59,760 bases of DNA, filler included, from Pirum gemmata (GCA_002812295.1; 9 parts of 9 records of this genome joined end to end with filler, not necessarily neighbours in it); one strand, 5' to 3'. Shown: positions 12,401-25,782, counted from the whole stretch's first letter. Notes: a model not told the origin generated them from the letters alone. Translations and numbers: made by a program.

Positions 12401-12815
12401 GTGGTGTAGCTTTCCAGTCCTTAATGTCACCGTTAAAAAAATAGTAGTTGTAGATTTCCTCTTTTGTGGGCAATTTTTTGTCACACACGTCCTTAAGAGC
12501 AGGAGTTTTGCAATCAGCTAGCTTCATTGGAACAAGTAAGCAACCAGCTTTTCCTACAAAAAAATGGATATTTTGTTAGTGTTTATTTAATGAACAATGG
12601 TAGTGATTTGGGTAGACTTAATAAAAATGTAGATTTGTAGATTGAAGAAAAATGAAACCTCTGTTAGGAAAAGAATTTCCTGTGGATGGATTAGTGTGGT
12701 GTACATTCCAATGAAATACACTTTCTGTAAAAGTTAATGGAAAAGGGCTGTTTTTATTTTTAGCGTAGCATTGAGCTACAGCTACCGAAAGCCGTAATCC
12801 TCCACAGAATTTCAT
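7109..12815 (-). CDS. Secreted M6-family (immune inhibitor A-like) zinc metalloprotease with C-terminal Cys-rich repeats and a TSP1/spondin-like module; 15 exons, about 1102 aa
   Basis: Exons 12815-12659, 12553-12353, 12143-12068, 11957-11839, 11585-11379, 11247-11118, 10981-10881, 10736-10677, 10522-10402, 10261-10170, 10047-9971, 9800-9614, 9418-8557, 8235-8105 and 7896-7109 are all GT-AG and phase-consistent (3309 nt). M6 motifs in order: GSL...EMSNG, DSDADGEID, HELGHVLGLTDLY, KIMWGW, EYLLIENR, GLYIWHVDE, IQADG. The N-terminus looks like a signal peptide. Confidence 0.88.
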
Positions 12816-13944
12816 AGTTGGATATCAAAAGTTTTTGAAAGTCTTCTTATTCTTTATTTTTCTTTGTTCAAAATTTATTTTCAAAAAAAAAAATCGAGAT
12901 TAAATTTTGTCTCCAACTTTTTTTTTTCCTTAGTTATATATGTATATATATATTAAATTTTGTCTCCAACTTTTTTTTTTCTGTATATACATATATTGTA
13001 TTATAACTGTTCAAAAGTTTTGAAATCTTTTTATTTTTTCCTTTTTTCTTTGTTCAAAATTTATTTGTTATAAAAATAAAATCGAGATTAAATTTTGTCT
13101 CCAACTTTTTTTTTCTCGTTGTTATATATACTTTTTGACTACTTTTTGTAACTTGTTCCGCATTTTTTCCTGTTTCTTTTTGTTCACATTTCTATATTTG
13201 AAAAGCACAAACTGTCACCGGCCTACTTTTTTAAAAAAAAAAAAAAAAAAAANNNNNNNNNNNNNNNNNNNNNNNNNNNNNNNNNNNNNNNNNNNNTTAA
13301 TTAATTAANNNNNNNNNNNNNNNNNNNNNNNNNNNNNNNNNNNNNNNNNNNNTAATATTATAAATAAATATAATTATATTATATTATTAACTAGCATCTA
13401 TTTTAATATATTCAATACATTCCTCAATTTTATTTTTCGAAACGTACGTATACATGTCTATTGTTACGGGTAGAGTAAGTGTAGAATAATCATAAGTAGT
13501 TTTAACGTTTCTAAATGTATAAATACTCATTCCTTTATAGCTAATTATATTATAATAACAATAATATTATTAATAATTATAATTAAAATCCATGAATTTA
13601 TTCTTTTAAATTTCGAATTCTATTGGTCATTTTACCAATTCTATATCTATATTATATATGTATATATTATGTTTTGTTTTACCAAGGTGATTTATCAATG
13701 ATAAGAATTTAAGTTTACTTGAACTATGATATCATGATATACATTTTTAATGACTAATATTTAAATTTTATAAATAATATTAATTAATACTTGAAGGCGT
13801 CGCTTTCCATCTCCACTACTACTAGTAGCTAGCTAGCTAGAACTACTACTAGCTAGTAGCCAGTATCATAGCTAGCTAGCTAGTAGCTAAACTAGATTTT
13901 TTTTTTTTCATGCTTTATTTTTTTTAAAAAATTATTATTATTAT

Positions 13945-13999
13945 TAGGGTTTTAGGGTTAGGGTTAGGGTTAGGGTTAGGGTTAGGGTTAGGGTTAGGG
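13945..13999 (+). repeat. Interstitial (TTAGGG)n
   Basis: About 9 telomere-type hexamers inside the contig. Confidence 0.9.
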
Positions 14000-14015
14000 C
14001 AAATTTTGTTTTATG

Positions 14016-14205
14016 AGGACATTCATCAGAAAGATCATCACTTATTCTTTGATAGAAGTCATTGCTCAAAAGCGTGGCTTAAACTGTTTTAGGCAGCAAT
14101 TAATTATCCAAATGAACTTAAAAAAATTATGAGCAAAAATTTAAAGTGTTTTGGACAAAAAGGAATAGGTAAGATTAGGTGACGTCCTTTTTATGGATGA
14201 TTCTT
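14016..14205 (-). mobile_element. MITE family C copy
   Basis: Reverse match to 49434-49610. A forward copy lies at 14725-14892. Confidence 0.75.
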
Positions 14206-14323
14206 TATAGTGCAAACAAGCCTTATTTTTAAATATTTATTAATATATTAATATCATATAATATATATTTATATATGATATATGACACATCATAATATAA
14301 TATATGTATATTACATCATATAC

Positions 14324-14506
14324 AGTGCTTTTCAGTTGTTTTGTCATCATAAAAGTTACAATAAAAGTACCACATAAATACAATATAAATCCATTTAATT
14401 TAATTTGGTATGCTTTATTATCTATATATTCATTTAAACATGTTAAAATTCAAATGTTATAACCCACCAAATAAATATTCAGAGTGACAAAACAAATGAA
14501 AAGCAT
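14324..14506 (+). mobile_element. MITE family A copy
   Basis: GTGCTTTTCAG...TGAAAAGCA, matching 42825-43025. Another copy lies at 15137-15322. Confidence 0.8.
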
Positions 14507-16298
14507 AATAATAATATGATCATAATTATAATAATGATGTATTATGATATCTGATATTATTATTACATTTTTAAAATACTTATGTTCAATCAAAAACTGA
14601 AAGTTACTTATAATTAATAGTGAAACAGTAGTGAACCCCATTTTTAAACATTGGACATTTTTTTACCAGGTCCGCTAAGCTACTAGCTAGGAAAGTGCTA
14701 GCTAGGAATCACCCATATTATTGATATAAAGGACGTCACCTAATCTTACCTATGCCTCTTTGTCAGAAACACTTTTGGTCATAATTTTAAAGTTAATTTT
14801 AATAATTAATTACTGTCTAAAACAGTTTAAGCCACACTTTCGAGCAATGACTTCTATCAAAGAATAAGTGACGTCCCTTATGAATGTTCCTATGATATTT
14901 TTATAATAGACTAGTAGCTATTAGCTAACTACTAGAGCTAGCTCTACAACTCTCGCTAGCTACATGTATACACCACCCATGTAATATCAAAATTAATTAA
15001 TGATATCGATAGGCACCCATGTAATATCAAAATTAAAATGATATTAATATCATTATTATTATCATATCAATATCATTACCCCCTGATATAATAATAATAA
15101 TAAAATTTAATGCTAATAAATGTTGGTATTTTAATATAGTGCTTTTCAGTTGTTTTGTCATCATAAAATATAAAATAAATAGTACCAAATTCATACAATA
15201 TAAACTTATTTAGTTTAATTTGGTATATTTTATTATCTATGTATTGATTTAAAAATGTCAATTTAAAGATTATAACCCTCCAAATAAATATTCAAAGTGA
15301 CAGACAAAATAAAGGCACGATATAAAAAACTTGATAGACTAGCTGATGGAGACTCTGATGGAGTTTCTGATGGTCTGATGGTAGTTCTGATGGTATACAC
15401 ATAAACATAATACAAATTATTATTATAAAATGCCATATTCTTTTTTCAAGAAAGTCTTTTGAACTTTTTTCAAGAACAAAAAAAAAAAAAGAAAAAAAAA
15501 ACATACTTGTAAACGATTGGTTTTAGTTACAGATATTGAGGACATCTATGACTAAAACCAATGATAACAAAGATGAGCTGAGGTGGCTGAACACCAACTG
15601 ATTCTTATCTTTTCTAATCTTTTTTAAAAATACCCCAAATTTAGACAAAACGTAGGATAGTTGATCTCTCATCAGTTCAGGGGAATCCTCTTTCTGCGGG
15701 GGGCGGGAGACTTGACTGCTGTCACTTTTAGGCTGTTCAATGCGGGGGTCGGGAGACTTGTCTGTCACTTATTTTTTATTATTTTTTTAACATCCATGCC
15801 AGTCAAGCTAACTCTAGTTAGCTAGCTAGCGAAGGAGCTTTCAAATAATATGTTACATCGGTCGAGGGTTAGGTAGGTAGGTGGTATTTGACCGGAAATT
15901 ATTAACGTCGAGGGGTTGGTAGGTAGTGGTATTTGAAGCTGTATTTGACTGGAAATTGGTGTTCCCTAGTAGTAACTAGTAGACTACAGAATGGCTCAAA
16001 AAGCTAAAAAAGCTCCTGCAAAAACATTGAAAAAATTGGTTGAATTCTACTATTATTGATAGCTATAATATTAAATATGATAATAATATTATAGCTAATA
16101 ATAATAATAATTATCTGGGATATTATAAAATATGTATGAAAAGTACAAGTTTTTTTTAATAATATGTACATATCATAAAGAAAAAAAAATTAAACCCGAA
16201 TGACAATACAATCAAATCATCTACACTAACTATTATCATGAGAAGGAAATTGGGTTTAGTTCTCAACTTCTCATGCTATGATATTATTATTATTATAT

Positions 16299-16333
<35 letters not shown>

Positions 16334-17064
16334 TCAAGATAAATACAAAAAGTGTTTTTTTTTTAAAAAAATCTCAACTTCTCAATGTTCTCATGTTATG
16401 ATTTTTTTTATTATTATTATTTATATCATAATATTACCAAGCTACGTATACGAATATCTAGATAACATTTAGATAACCCTGCTAGCTAGCTAGTAGATAA
16501 CCAAGATATGATAAATAAAATATAATATGAATATTTTCAAGAGTTCAAAATTAGTTCTTTAGCTAGCTCTACTTAGTAGTAGAGTAAGTAGTAGAGGTAG
16601 GTGATTTATGATCTAGCTAGTCGATAACCAAGATAATAATTATGATAAATAAAATATAATATGAATACTTTCAAGAGTTCAAAACTAGTTCTTTAGCTAG
16701 CTCTACTACTAGCTAGTAGAGTAAGTAGTAGAGGTAGGTTATTTATGATCTAGCTAGTCGAAGTTGTAAGATTCAGTGTAGAAAGGCTTTATTTGTAAAA
16801 AGGCTTTTTTACTATATTTTTATTAGGGGAAAAAAAAAATCAAAGTTGGTGGAAGGTTAGAAACTTAGAACTAAGACTTAGAAGTTGGTCAGCCAGCCAG
16901 CTTGTAGTAAAAAACAAAGGAGAAGTTTCATTCGTATATATTATTATTATATATCTGTTAGTTAACTGTCTATATACTTTATTAGGGATAAAATCTGTAG
17001 CTAGTCTAGCTGCTTGTAGCGGTTTGCGGGTGTTTGGTTTTTTTTTTTTTTTTTTTTTTTTATA

Positions 17065-17100
<36 letters not shown>

Positions 17101-17363
17101 TTCGAGAAAATCGCCACTTAAAAATGGATTTTTTTATAAAGGTTTGCTGTTTTTTGTCCAATATAGTGTTCCTGACCTGTTCCTGACTAAACAAAATTAT
17201 TTGGATGACTAGACAAAGCTAGAAAAAAAAGTATATATAGCGAAATATTTTCTGGACTTTTCTGATACAAATCAAAAATCCACAAAAAATTATAAAAAAA
17301 ATTAAAAAACAAAAAACTAAAAACAAATTAATATTATTATTATATAATAATAATAAAACAATA

Positions 17364-19325
17364 ATGTGTCGTGCTTCACCGGTCAAATTATCTCATTTCA
17401 AAGACTCTATTAAGGTTACACTCAACAATAACAAAGCTAATTATAAAAATAAATATAATGAACAACATGCTAACCATATTTTTACAACAGAAGACAACAA
17501 CCAAAGTCTTGACAATACTTCATGGTGGGAACATATTTATTACTCCTTTTTGAGAGCCATCTTTGTCAATTTTCGAAACGAAACAGTCAAAACAAAAAAG
17601 TTTTTGTTTAAATTGAGTTTTTATGCTATACTTTGTATTAGTCTCCCTTTTTTCTTAATATCTATTTTGTTCGGTGTAGTTAACAGTTATGTTCTTAATG
17701 CAGCTGTGATTATTTACACTTACGTTATTACCCAAACAGTCCGAAACCGCCTTCAAGAATTCGAAAATTTAAAACATATTCCAGGCCCCAAGCCAAGTTT
17801 TTTCTTCGGGAATTATTACGATTTACATCGTACAGATCTAGAACTACATAATAGTATGGAGCTGTTGCATCAGAAATATGGAGCCTGCTTTTGTTTGCAC
17901 ATGCCTTTGTTTAAAACTCCGTTTATAGTAACAGATTATGTTGATGATAAGATACGTGATAAAAAAGTCGACGCTTTTCGTCCGTCAAAAACTTTAACTC
18001 CATCTTCATTAATGGGTATGGGCATGACTAAAAAGCATAATGACCATCGTAGACTATTTGGTCGCATCAATACCCAAAAGGCCTTTCGTGATGCTTACTT
18101 AACAAAGATTAATTCATGCAGTGATGAAGTATTGCAAATGTTTACGGAAAATGTTGATATGTTTCAAGATGATAAAAACGGAGTGAAAGCTGAATCGGAA
18201 GATATTGTAACAAAACAATTATGCGAATGGTCTTACAAAACTTGTAATTTAGTGTTATTTGATTATTTACCTACTGTGGGAGAAATAGAGCTTATTGATG
18301 AAGCAGTAGAAATGTTTGTAAAAGAAGTCTCCGCGAGAACGTGGGAACCAGTGTGGATGTGGTTGCTTAACTATACTCGCACAGTTGAAACCGGTAAAGC
18401 AATGAAGCATTTAAAAAATTATAGTCGTATGTTGTTTAGTAATGCTGATGCCAAGGGTAAAATGACAAAAGAAAGGAGTGAAAATTTATTGCAAAGTAAA
18501 GCACCCCAAACTTTGATTAACATTGTGCGAGCTTTACCCGAAATCGAAGCAGAGGATAGAACTGATGAAACTACATTAACATTTGCAACAGCTACGGGAA
18601 TCGGTAATTTAGTATCCATGTGCTTGTTTTACTTGGCAAGTAATCCTGAAAAACAAGCTAAAGCATACGAAGAAATTGAAAGCAAAACCAATTTAAATAT
18701 TCCTGGAAAAGAATTTGAAGATGATGATCATATACCAACACACGATGACATTCGTAATTGTGACTATTTGAAATGTGTTTGGTACGAAACTTTGCGTTTA
18801 AACCCGATTGTGCCGTTTAGCTCGAGAAAAATTTTTAATCGCACTGGAACAAAGAACAATATTGTAAACAACAATGAAAATTCGAAAAAGGCTACCACTA
18901 CCACTTCTACCACTACCACCACCACCACCACTACTACTATACCAACATCAAAATCGGAATCCAAAGTTAAAATAGGTGATTACGAGATAAAAGAACAAAA
19001 TTTTTATTTAATGTATTTCAAAAATGCTGTTGGTAAAAATGAAAAGTATTTTAACAAACCTTGCACTTTTCAACCTGAAAGGTTTGAAAATTTGGAAACC
19101 CGGGCAGAGCGATTACATGACTTTTTACCTTTTGGTGCTGCTAGTCGATCTTGTCCTGCATCGTTACTTACGGAATATATGTGTATGGAGGTGTTAATAA
19201 GATTGATTTCAAAATTTGAGTTTTATGTTGATGAAAATTGTGAAGATAAATTTGTTAAAACTTCGGTTTCCGTGCACGTGCATCCAACTAATCTTCACAA
19301 ATTGAAATGGAGATTGAGGAATTAA
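17364..19325 (+). CDS. Cytochrome P450, intronless, 653 aa
   Basis: Hydrophobic N-terminal anchor, PGP hinge, ETLR (ExxR), PERF and haem loop FGAASRSCPA. A poly-Thr/Asn insertion follows ExxR. Confidence 0.93.
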   Translation: MCRASPVKLSHFKDSIKVTLNNNKANYKNKYNEQHANHIFTTEDNNQSLDNTSWWEHIYYSFLRAIFVNFRNETVKTKKFLFKLSFYAILCISLPFFLISILFGVVNSYVLNAAVIIYTYVITQTVRNRLQEFENLKHIPGPKPSFFFGNYYDLHRTDLELHNSMELLHQKYGACFCLHMPLFKTPFIVTDYVDDKIRDKKVDAFRPSKTLTPSSLMGMGMTKKHNDHRRLFGRINTQKAFRDAYLTKINSCSDEVLQMFTENVDMFQDDKNGVKAESEDIVTKQLCEWSYKTCNLVLFDYLPTVGEIELIDEAVEMFVKEVSARTWEPVWMWLLNYTRTVETGKAMKHLKNYSRMLFSNADAKGKMTKERSENLLQSKAPQTLINIVRALPEIEAEDRTDETTLTFATATGIGNLVSMCLFYLASNPEKQAKAYEEIESKTNLNIPGKEFEDDDHIPTHDDIRNCDYLKCVWYETLRLNPIVPFSSRKIFNRTGTKNNIVNNNENSKKATTTTSTTTTTTTTTTIPTSKSESKVKIGDYEIKEQNFYLMYFKNAVGKNEKYFNKPCTFQPERFENLETRAERLHDFLPFGAASRSCPASLLTEYMCMEVLIRLISKFEFYVDENCEDKFVKTSVSVHVHPTNLHKLKWRLRN

Positions 19326-19619
19326 AATATTAATATTAATAAATGTCTTAAAATTATTCTTAATAATAAATTATATATGATGTTAGAAAGAGTATGTATC
19401 AATTCTTAATTAAAATTCAATAATACATGTTATATATAGTATTAAAAGTTATTCTGAGAAATTATTACTATATACGAAATCAATGTTCTTAGTGGTGAAA
19501 TCTAAGAAATATATATTATTAGATTTTTTAAAAAATGGTCTACATTTTAAAAATATTTTTTATAAAATTAACAAAAATATTGGATTTACTGTGATATGAG
19601 TAGTCACTTTTTTTTTTTT

Positions 19620-19672
<53 letters not shown>

Positions 19673-20143
19673 GCATCAAAAAATCAGACCCTCAGATCTT
19701 TGATTTTACTGGAGGGATGGCATCCCTTTCGCAAAAAATTTGGAGATTAGGTTACAAATCAGAAAAGGCTTTGCACTTTTTTGCCCATAATTATAATTAT
19801 GGCAAAAACGAAAAACGGTTGACCTAGGATTCAACTTTCATTTTTGCCCTCTATAATTTTAGTCTAAAAAAAATTGGCAAAAAAAGACTTTTTAAAAAAG
19901 CCTTTTAAAACATAATAAAAAGCAAATAAGTCTAAAAAATAAAAACCATCTTTNNNNNNNNNNNNNNNNNNNNNNNNNNNNNNNNNNNNNNNNNNNNTTA
20001 ATTAATTAANNNNNNNNNNNNNNNNNNNNNNNNNNNNNNNNNNNNNNNNNNNNCAATAACAATAACAATAACAATAACAATAACAATAACAATAACAATA
20101 ACAATAACAACCAACAACAACAATAACAATAACAATAACAACC

Positions 20144-20179
<36 letters not shown>

Positions 20180-20709
20180 ATTATAACAATAACATAACAA
20201 TAACAATAACAATAACAACAACAACAGCAATAACAATAATAATAACAATAACAATAACAATAACAATAATTAAGAATAATATTAATATTATTAATATTAT
20301 TAACTAAAATAATAATATATCAATAATAATAAGCATAACAACATTATTAATTATAAATATAATAAAAGCAATTACGTATACCTTAATTAAAACGAAAGTC
20401 ATAACTACATTGCTAATAACAACAGCAACAGCAACAATAACAATAGCAATAACAATGATAACAATGATAATACAACAATGTCAGAAAGTGATATTAAAAT
20501 ATCATTACTGAATATTAATTAATTATGTTAAAAGTTTCCCCACAGTAACAGTGTTGAAGATACTAGCAACAGTGATTGTGTAATTGAAGTTACTAATCTT
20601 AAGTTTGGTAGCATTGGTGATTTTAATTAAAAAGAGCAAAAGCAGTTAATAAAAGGGGTTTACAATGAAATCACAAACACCACCTTTTTGAATGTTATTT
20701 ATAATTACA

Positions 20710-20748
<39 letters not shown>

Positions 20749-20786
20749 TATCGTTATTACTTTTTGAATGTTATTTATAATTACAA

Positions 20787-20824
<38 letters not shown>

Positions 20825-20949
20825 TATCGTTATTACTTATTATTATTAGAATATTTATTATTATTATTATTTATTATTATTTATTACTAATATTATTTAT
20901 ATTTATTAATTAATTAAAAGGTATATTTATTATTGATGAACATATAAAA

Positions 20950-21136
20950 TAGCGCTTTTCATTTATTTTGTCACTCCGAATATTTATTTGGTAGGTTATA
21001 ATATTTAAATTGTCATTTTTAAATGAATAAATAGATAATAAAATATACCAAATTAAATGAAATGGATATATATTGTATTAATTTGGTATTCTTTATTGTA
21101 TATTTTATAATGACAAAACAACTGAAAAGTACGATA
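20950..21136 (-). mobile_element. MITE family A copy
   Basis: Reverse match to family A. Further copies in this contig at 22283-22466 (-) and 23750-23931 (+). Confidence 0.8.
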
Positions 21137-21342
21137 ATATTATATACTCTTGTATGTGGTGCAAACAATCTAAAAACATTAATAAAAGTCCCATCTTAAA
21201 ATTATGTATGTTCGGTCATTTCAAACCTATTAAGTATACTTATGTTTGAAAACTGAAAATTCTAGTGAACCCCAAAAGTCGGAAGTTCACCCAACTGATC
21301 TTTTGAGGCTTTATATTAATTCTAACAAATGAATCATCCATA

Positions 21343-21805
21343 CCTCACCTAATCTTACCTATGCCTCTTTGCCCAAAACACTTTTGGTCATAATTTTAAA
21401 GTTCGTTTTAATAATTAATTACTGCCTAAAATAGTTTAAGTCATACTGTCGAGCAATGGCTTCTATCAAAGAATAAGTGACGCCCTTAATTAATGAATGT
21501 TGCCTAATCTTTAATTTGGTACTGTTTAATTAAGTGTATAATTGTATGCACCTAATCTTACCTATGCCTCTTTGCCCAAAACACTTTTGGTCATAATTTT
21601 AAAGTTCGTTTTAATAATTAATTACTGCCTAAAACAGTTTAAGTCATACTTTCGAGCAATGACTTTTATCAAAGAATAAGTGATGCCCTTAATTAATGAA
21701 TGGTGCCTAATCTTTAATTTGGTACTGTTTAAGTGTATAATTGTATGCACTTGTTTATAAAATACAGTATTAATAAAAAAAAAAACCAAATTAATTAAAG
21801 CATGT
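21343..21805. mobile_element. Tandemly duplicated MITE C / MITE B composite (unit about 205 bp)
   Basis: Family C body plus the start of a reverse family B occurs twice (about 21343-21545 and 21549-21750); the second copy continues into B. Confidence 0.75.
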
Positions 21806-21807
21806 CT

Positions 21808-22136
21808 GTGAGGGTGAAGGTGAGGAGAGGGTGAGGGTGAGGGTGAGGGTGAGGGTTGGGGTGAGGGGGGTTGAGGGTGAGGTTGAGGGCGAGGGTGGGG
21901 TGAGGGTGAGGGCGAGGGTTGGGGGGAGTGGGGATGAGGGTGAAAGTGAGATAGTTTTGAACTGTACAAGGGGGTTAGGGTTAGGGTTAGGGTTAGGGTT
22001 AGGGTTAGGGTTAGGGTTAGGGTTAGGGTTAGGGTTAGGGTTAGGGTTAGGGTTAGGGTTAGGGTTAGGATTAGGGTTAGGATTAGGGTTAGAGTTAGAG
22101 TGAGGGTTAGGGTTAGAGTTAGGGTTAGGGTTAGGG
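21808..22136 (+). repeat. Interstitial telomere-like tract: (TGAGGG)n variants then (TTAGGG)n
   Basis: TGAGGG-type hexamers at 21808-21945, then about 27 TTAGGG or variant units at 21974-22136. Confidence 0.9.
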
Positions 22137-22671
22137 AAACATGATATACATATCATACTAAATAATAGTTTATGTTAAATAATATCATACTGTAGTAAAA
22201 GCTAGCGGGTATTCAAACTGTATTCAACGTGACGTCAATCAAATAAGCAATAAATTTATAAAAATTATTATGATAGACTAGCTAGTGCTTTTTATTTATT
22301 TTGCCACTCCAAATATTTATTTGGTTGGTTATAATATTTAAATTGACTTTTTTAAACGAATAAATAAATATTAAATCATACCAAATTAAATGAAATGGAT
22401 TTATATTGTATTAATTTGGTACTTTTTTTTGTATATTTTTTAATGACAAAACAACTGAAAAGCGATAAAATTAATTTTTTTTTATTAAAATATGGTGCAG
22501 TACGCCTAACATTTACCAACTTTTGAAAAGTGGCCAAATTTTTTCTAGTAACTCGAAAATTTCGAACACACTAATTATATATATTCGAAATATAATATTA
22601 TTATTACCATATCCCAAAAAGTTGGGGATTCTTAGACGCAATGCACCATAATAATAATAGACTGGGTAGTA

Positions 22672-22820
22672 ATAAAGCGTACAAATAATACGTCACGTTA
22701 AGGGGTAGGTAAGTAGGTGGTATTTGACCGGAAATTAACGTCGAGGGGTAGGTAGATAGGGGTATTTGAAGTTGTATTTGATCGAAAATTGGCGTTATGT
22801 AGTATTTGACTACTGCCCTA
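22672..22820. mobile_element. MITE family E (GGG.GCGTTCAAATACTACGT-type ends)
   Basis: Internal GGGGTAGGTAG..GGTATTTGA repeats are shared with 15833-15969 and 51738-51840 (reverse). Confidence 0.65.
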
Positions 22821-25038
22821 ATAATAAGTCTATTAGTGGCCCTCTCAATCTTTAATTTGGTACCGTTTAAGTATATAATTGCACTTTTTTATAAAATACA
22901 GTATTCTAAATAAAATACCAAATTAATTAAAAGATGCCCGATAGTTTAACCATAATAATAATTTGGTATGTTTAATTCAGACTCTGCTCATTAGACTTCT
23001 CCTAAAACTCGACTTTCTGCTTCTGCTTTCTGCCCCGAAAAGCTCGAATTCTATTCTGTTCTGTTCGGTTTGGTCTGTTCGAAATTTATTTTTTCGAGTT
23101 TATTAATAAATATATAGTTTCGAAAAGTTTGAAAAGTTCAAGCTATAATGTAATATTCGAAATTGATTTTTTTCGAGTTTATTAATAAATACATAGGTTC
23201 GAAAAGGCAATATATAAAAGCAGAGTTGTTTATGACTAAGTTCAGGATACAATAATGGACCAAATATTAATAACTGGACCAAATAACTGAAAAAAGTAAC
23301 CAATCTCTGCCCATCTCTGGTCCGAAAATTGCGAACAAGTGGCTTAGCAGCTGGGCGTCTTCCAGACCCATCCTCGAATCCTCGTACTGATTCAGTGTAC
23401 CGATTTGTGCTTTTTAATGGGGTAGAATTTATGTTAAAAAAATTAAAAAAAAATTTTTTACCCACAGTCATATCATATTATAGAATTGAATCTAAAAGGG
23501 TATTTTGGTCAACTAAGGCATCTAGATTGTAATTTTAGACTTTAAAACCATCGTTTGAATCGATATTTTTTTTTTATCCTTTATTTTGTTAAGTTATTTT
23601 GCTCAAAAAAAAGTGCATTCAGATGTCGATTAAAGAGTTTGAAATAATAATATAGATGTCTTAGTTGACAAAAATACCCTTCTAGATTCAATTCCATCTT
23701 AAGATTGCAAACAATCAAAAAAACGTTTTACTTTTTTTACTATGATAGTTATCGTCCTTTTCAGTTGTTTTGTCAATATACAAAAAAGGGTACGAAATTA
23801 ATACAATATAAATCCATTTTATCTAATTTGGTATATTTTATTATATATTTATTTATTTAAAAGTATCAATTTAATTATTATAAACAACCAAATAAATATT
23901 CGGGGTGACAAAATAAATGAAAAGCACGATAAATAAGAAAACATTCATTAATGACGTCACTTTTTTAAAATACTTTTGTTCTAGATTGTCATTTTAGTGG
24001 CTTATACTGTAATCTGAAACTTAAATTTTTTATCTGATAACGTCAGATGGTGGTCCGCGATAAAAACAAAGCTCAAATAAATAAATAAATTATCAAATCT
24101 AATACAAAGTCTGCAAACAAGCCAAAAACGTTGGACTTTTGGGTTTCACTATAATTTCAGTTCTCGAACATAAATAATGTAATAGTTATTAAATAGATTT
24201 GAAATATTCGAACATTGTTATATAAAAAAATGTTGGACTTAGGGTTGGGGTCAGGGTTAGGGATAGAGTTAGGGTTAAAGTCAGGGTTAGGGTTAACAAG
24301 CAACAAAAAGAAGGACAAGAACAAGACGGGTTAGCAAACAACAAACAACAAACAACAAACAACAAACAACAAACAACAAACAACAAACAACAAACAACAA
24401 ACAACAAACAACAAACAACAAACAACAAATTTAACGTTAGTTAATTAACGATTTTTTTTACTAATTGTGGTTAGTGCTTCAGAGCGAGTGAGTGTACAGT
24501 GAACCAAAAAAAAGTGAGTGAGTGTTTTTTATAATGCACTGAGCCCGAAATTTCCCGTACAGTTTTAGCAATAAATATATTATATAAAAAAGTAACATGT
24601 TCGAAACTGAAAAAAAATCGATCAAAAAAAAACTGTGGTACTACTAGAAACATGGGTAAAATAGAATATGAGTCAAAATACAGGGGGTAGAATATGATGA
24701 TGCTTAAATCTTGGCATCTCAATTTACTGATTCAACAAACTTAGGCTGTTTCTATTAGTTGTAACCGATTTGACTAAACTACTTTCATTGGTTAGAATTA
24801 GTTATATATGCAAAAAAGTTGAAAAAAAACAAAAAAGGAAAATAGTTCCTTACTATTTTAACCAATAAAGGCTGTTTTCCAGGTCCTTATTAACCTTACG
24901 TTCTTAACTGTACTTCCTTAACTAACCATTTTCAACCAATTAATACTAACCAAATTTTTTTAAAAAATTTATAACTAATCAAAAATTGACAGATTTTGGC
25001 TTTGACTTTTGTGATTGAGTAAAAAAAAAAATTGAAAA

Positions 25039-25090
<52 letters not shown>

Positions 25091-25782
25091 AGAAAAGAAG
25101 TCTAAAAAAATTGATTTCTACAGTTTTATCTGGCAGTTTTAAAAATAAAAATAATAATAATAATAAAAATAGATGGACCATTTTCGAAATATTTTCGAAA
25201 AATGAGAAAAATTCAATCACAAAAAACTAACCATTTCTTTAAAGTTTTAAGGGTAGAATTTTATTTTTTGGTGAATGAGAAAACTTATTTTATGCCCTAT
25301 GCATAGATTTTATGTCAAACAAGCTAAAACGTCTGACTTTTGGGTTTCATTATAATTTCAGTTTTCGAACATAAGTAATGTAATAGTTATTAAATAAATT
25401 TGAAATATTCGAACATATTATATAAAAAAATGTGGATTTTTTAAAAATTTAATAGTAAAAAAAGTTTCGAACATAAGTAATGTAATAGTTATTAAATAAA
25501 TTTGAAATATTCGAACATATTATATAAAAAAATGTGGATTTTTTAAAAATTTAATAGTAAAAAAAGTAATACGTTTTTTTATTGTTTGCACCCATAGAAA
25601 AAAAAAAAAGTTGTTCGATTGACTCAAACATAATAATATAAAAAGGCTCATTTATAAATACTTAAATCGAGTCTTTTTTATGTTTTTTTCTTTTTTTAAA
25701 AATAATTACAACAACTAGTAGCTATCCGCCGAAAATGTAAAAAAAATATGTAAAAAGTAAAAGTTGAAAAAGGTGTCCAAAA

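Noticed and set aside
15523..15768. 81-aa minus-strand ORF in a GC-richer patch
   Set aside because: Non-ATG start, no recognisable motif, and partly made of a 45-bp duplication.
23103..23532. Overlapping 122-aa and 67-aa ORFs
   Set aside because: No motifs; composition resembles non-coding TIR-element interiors.
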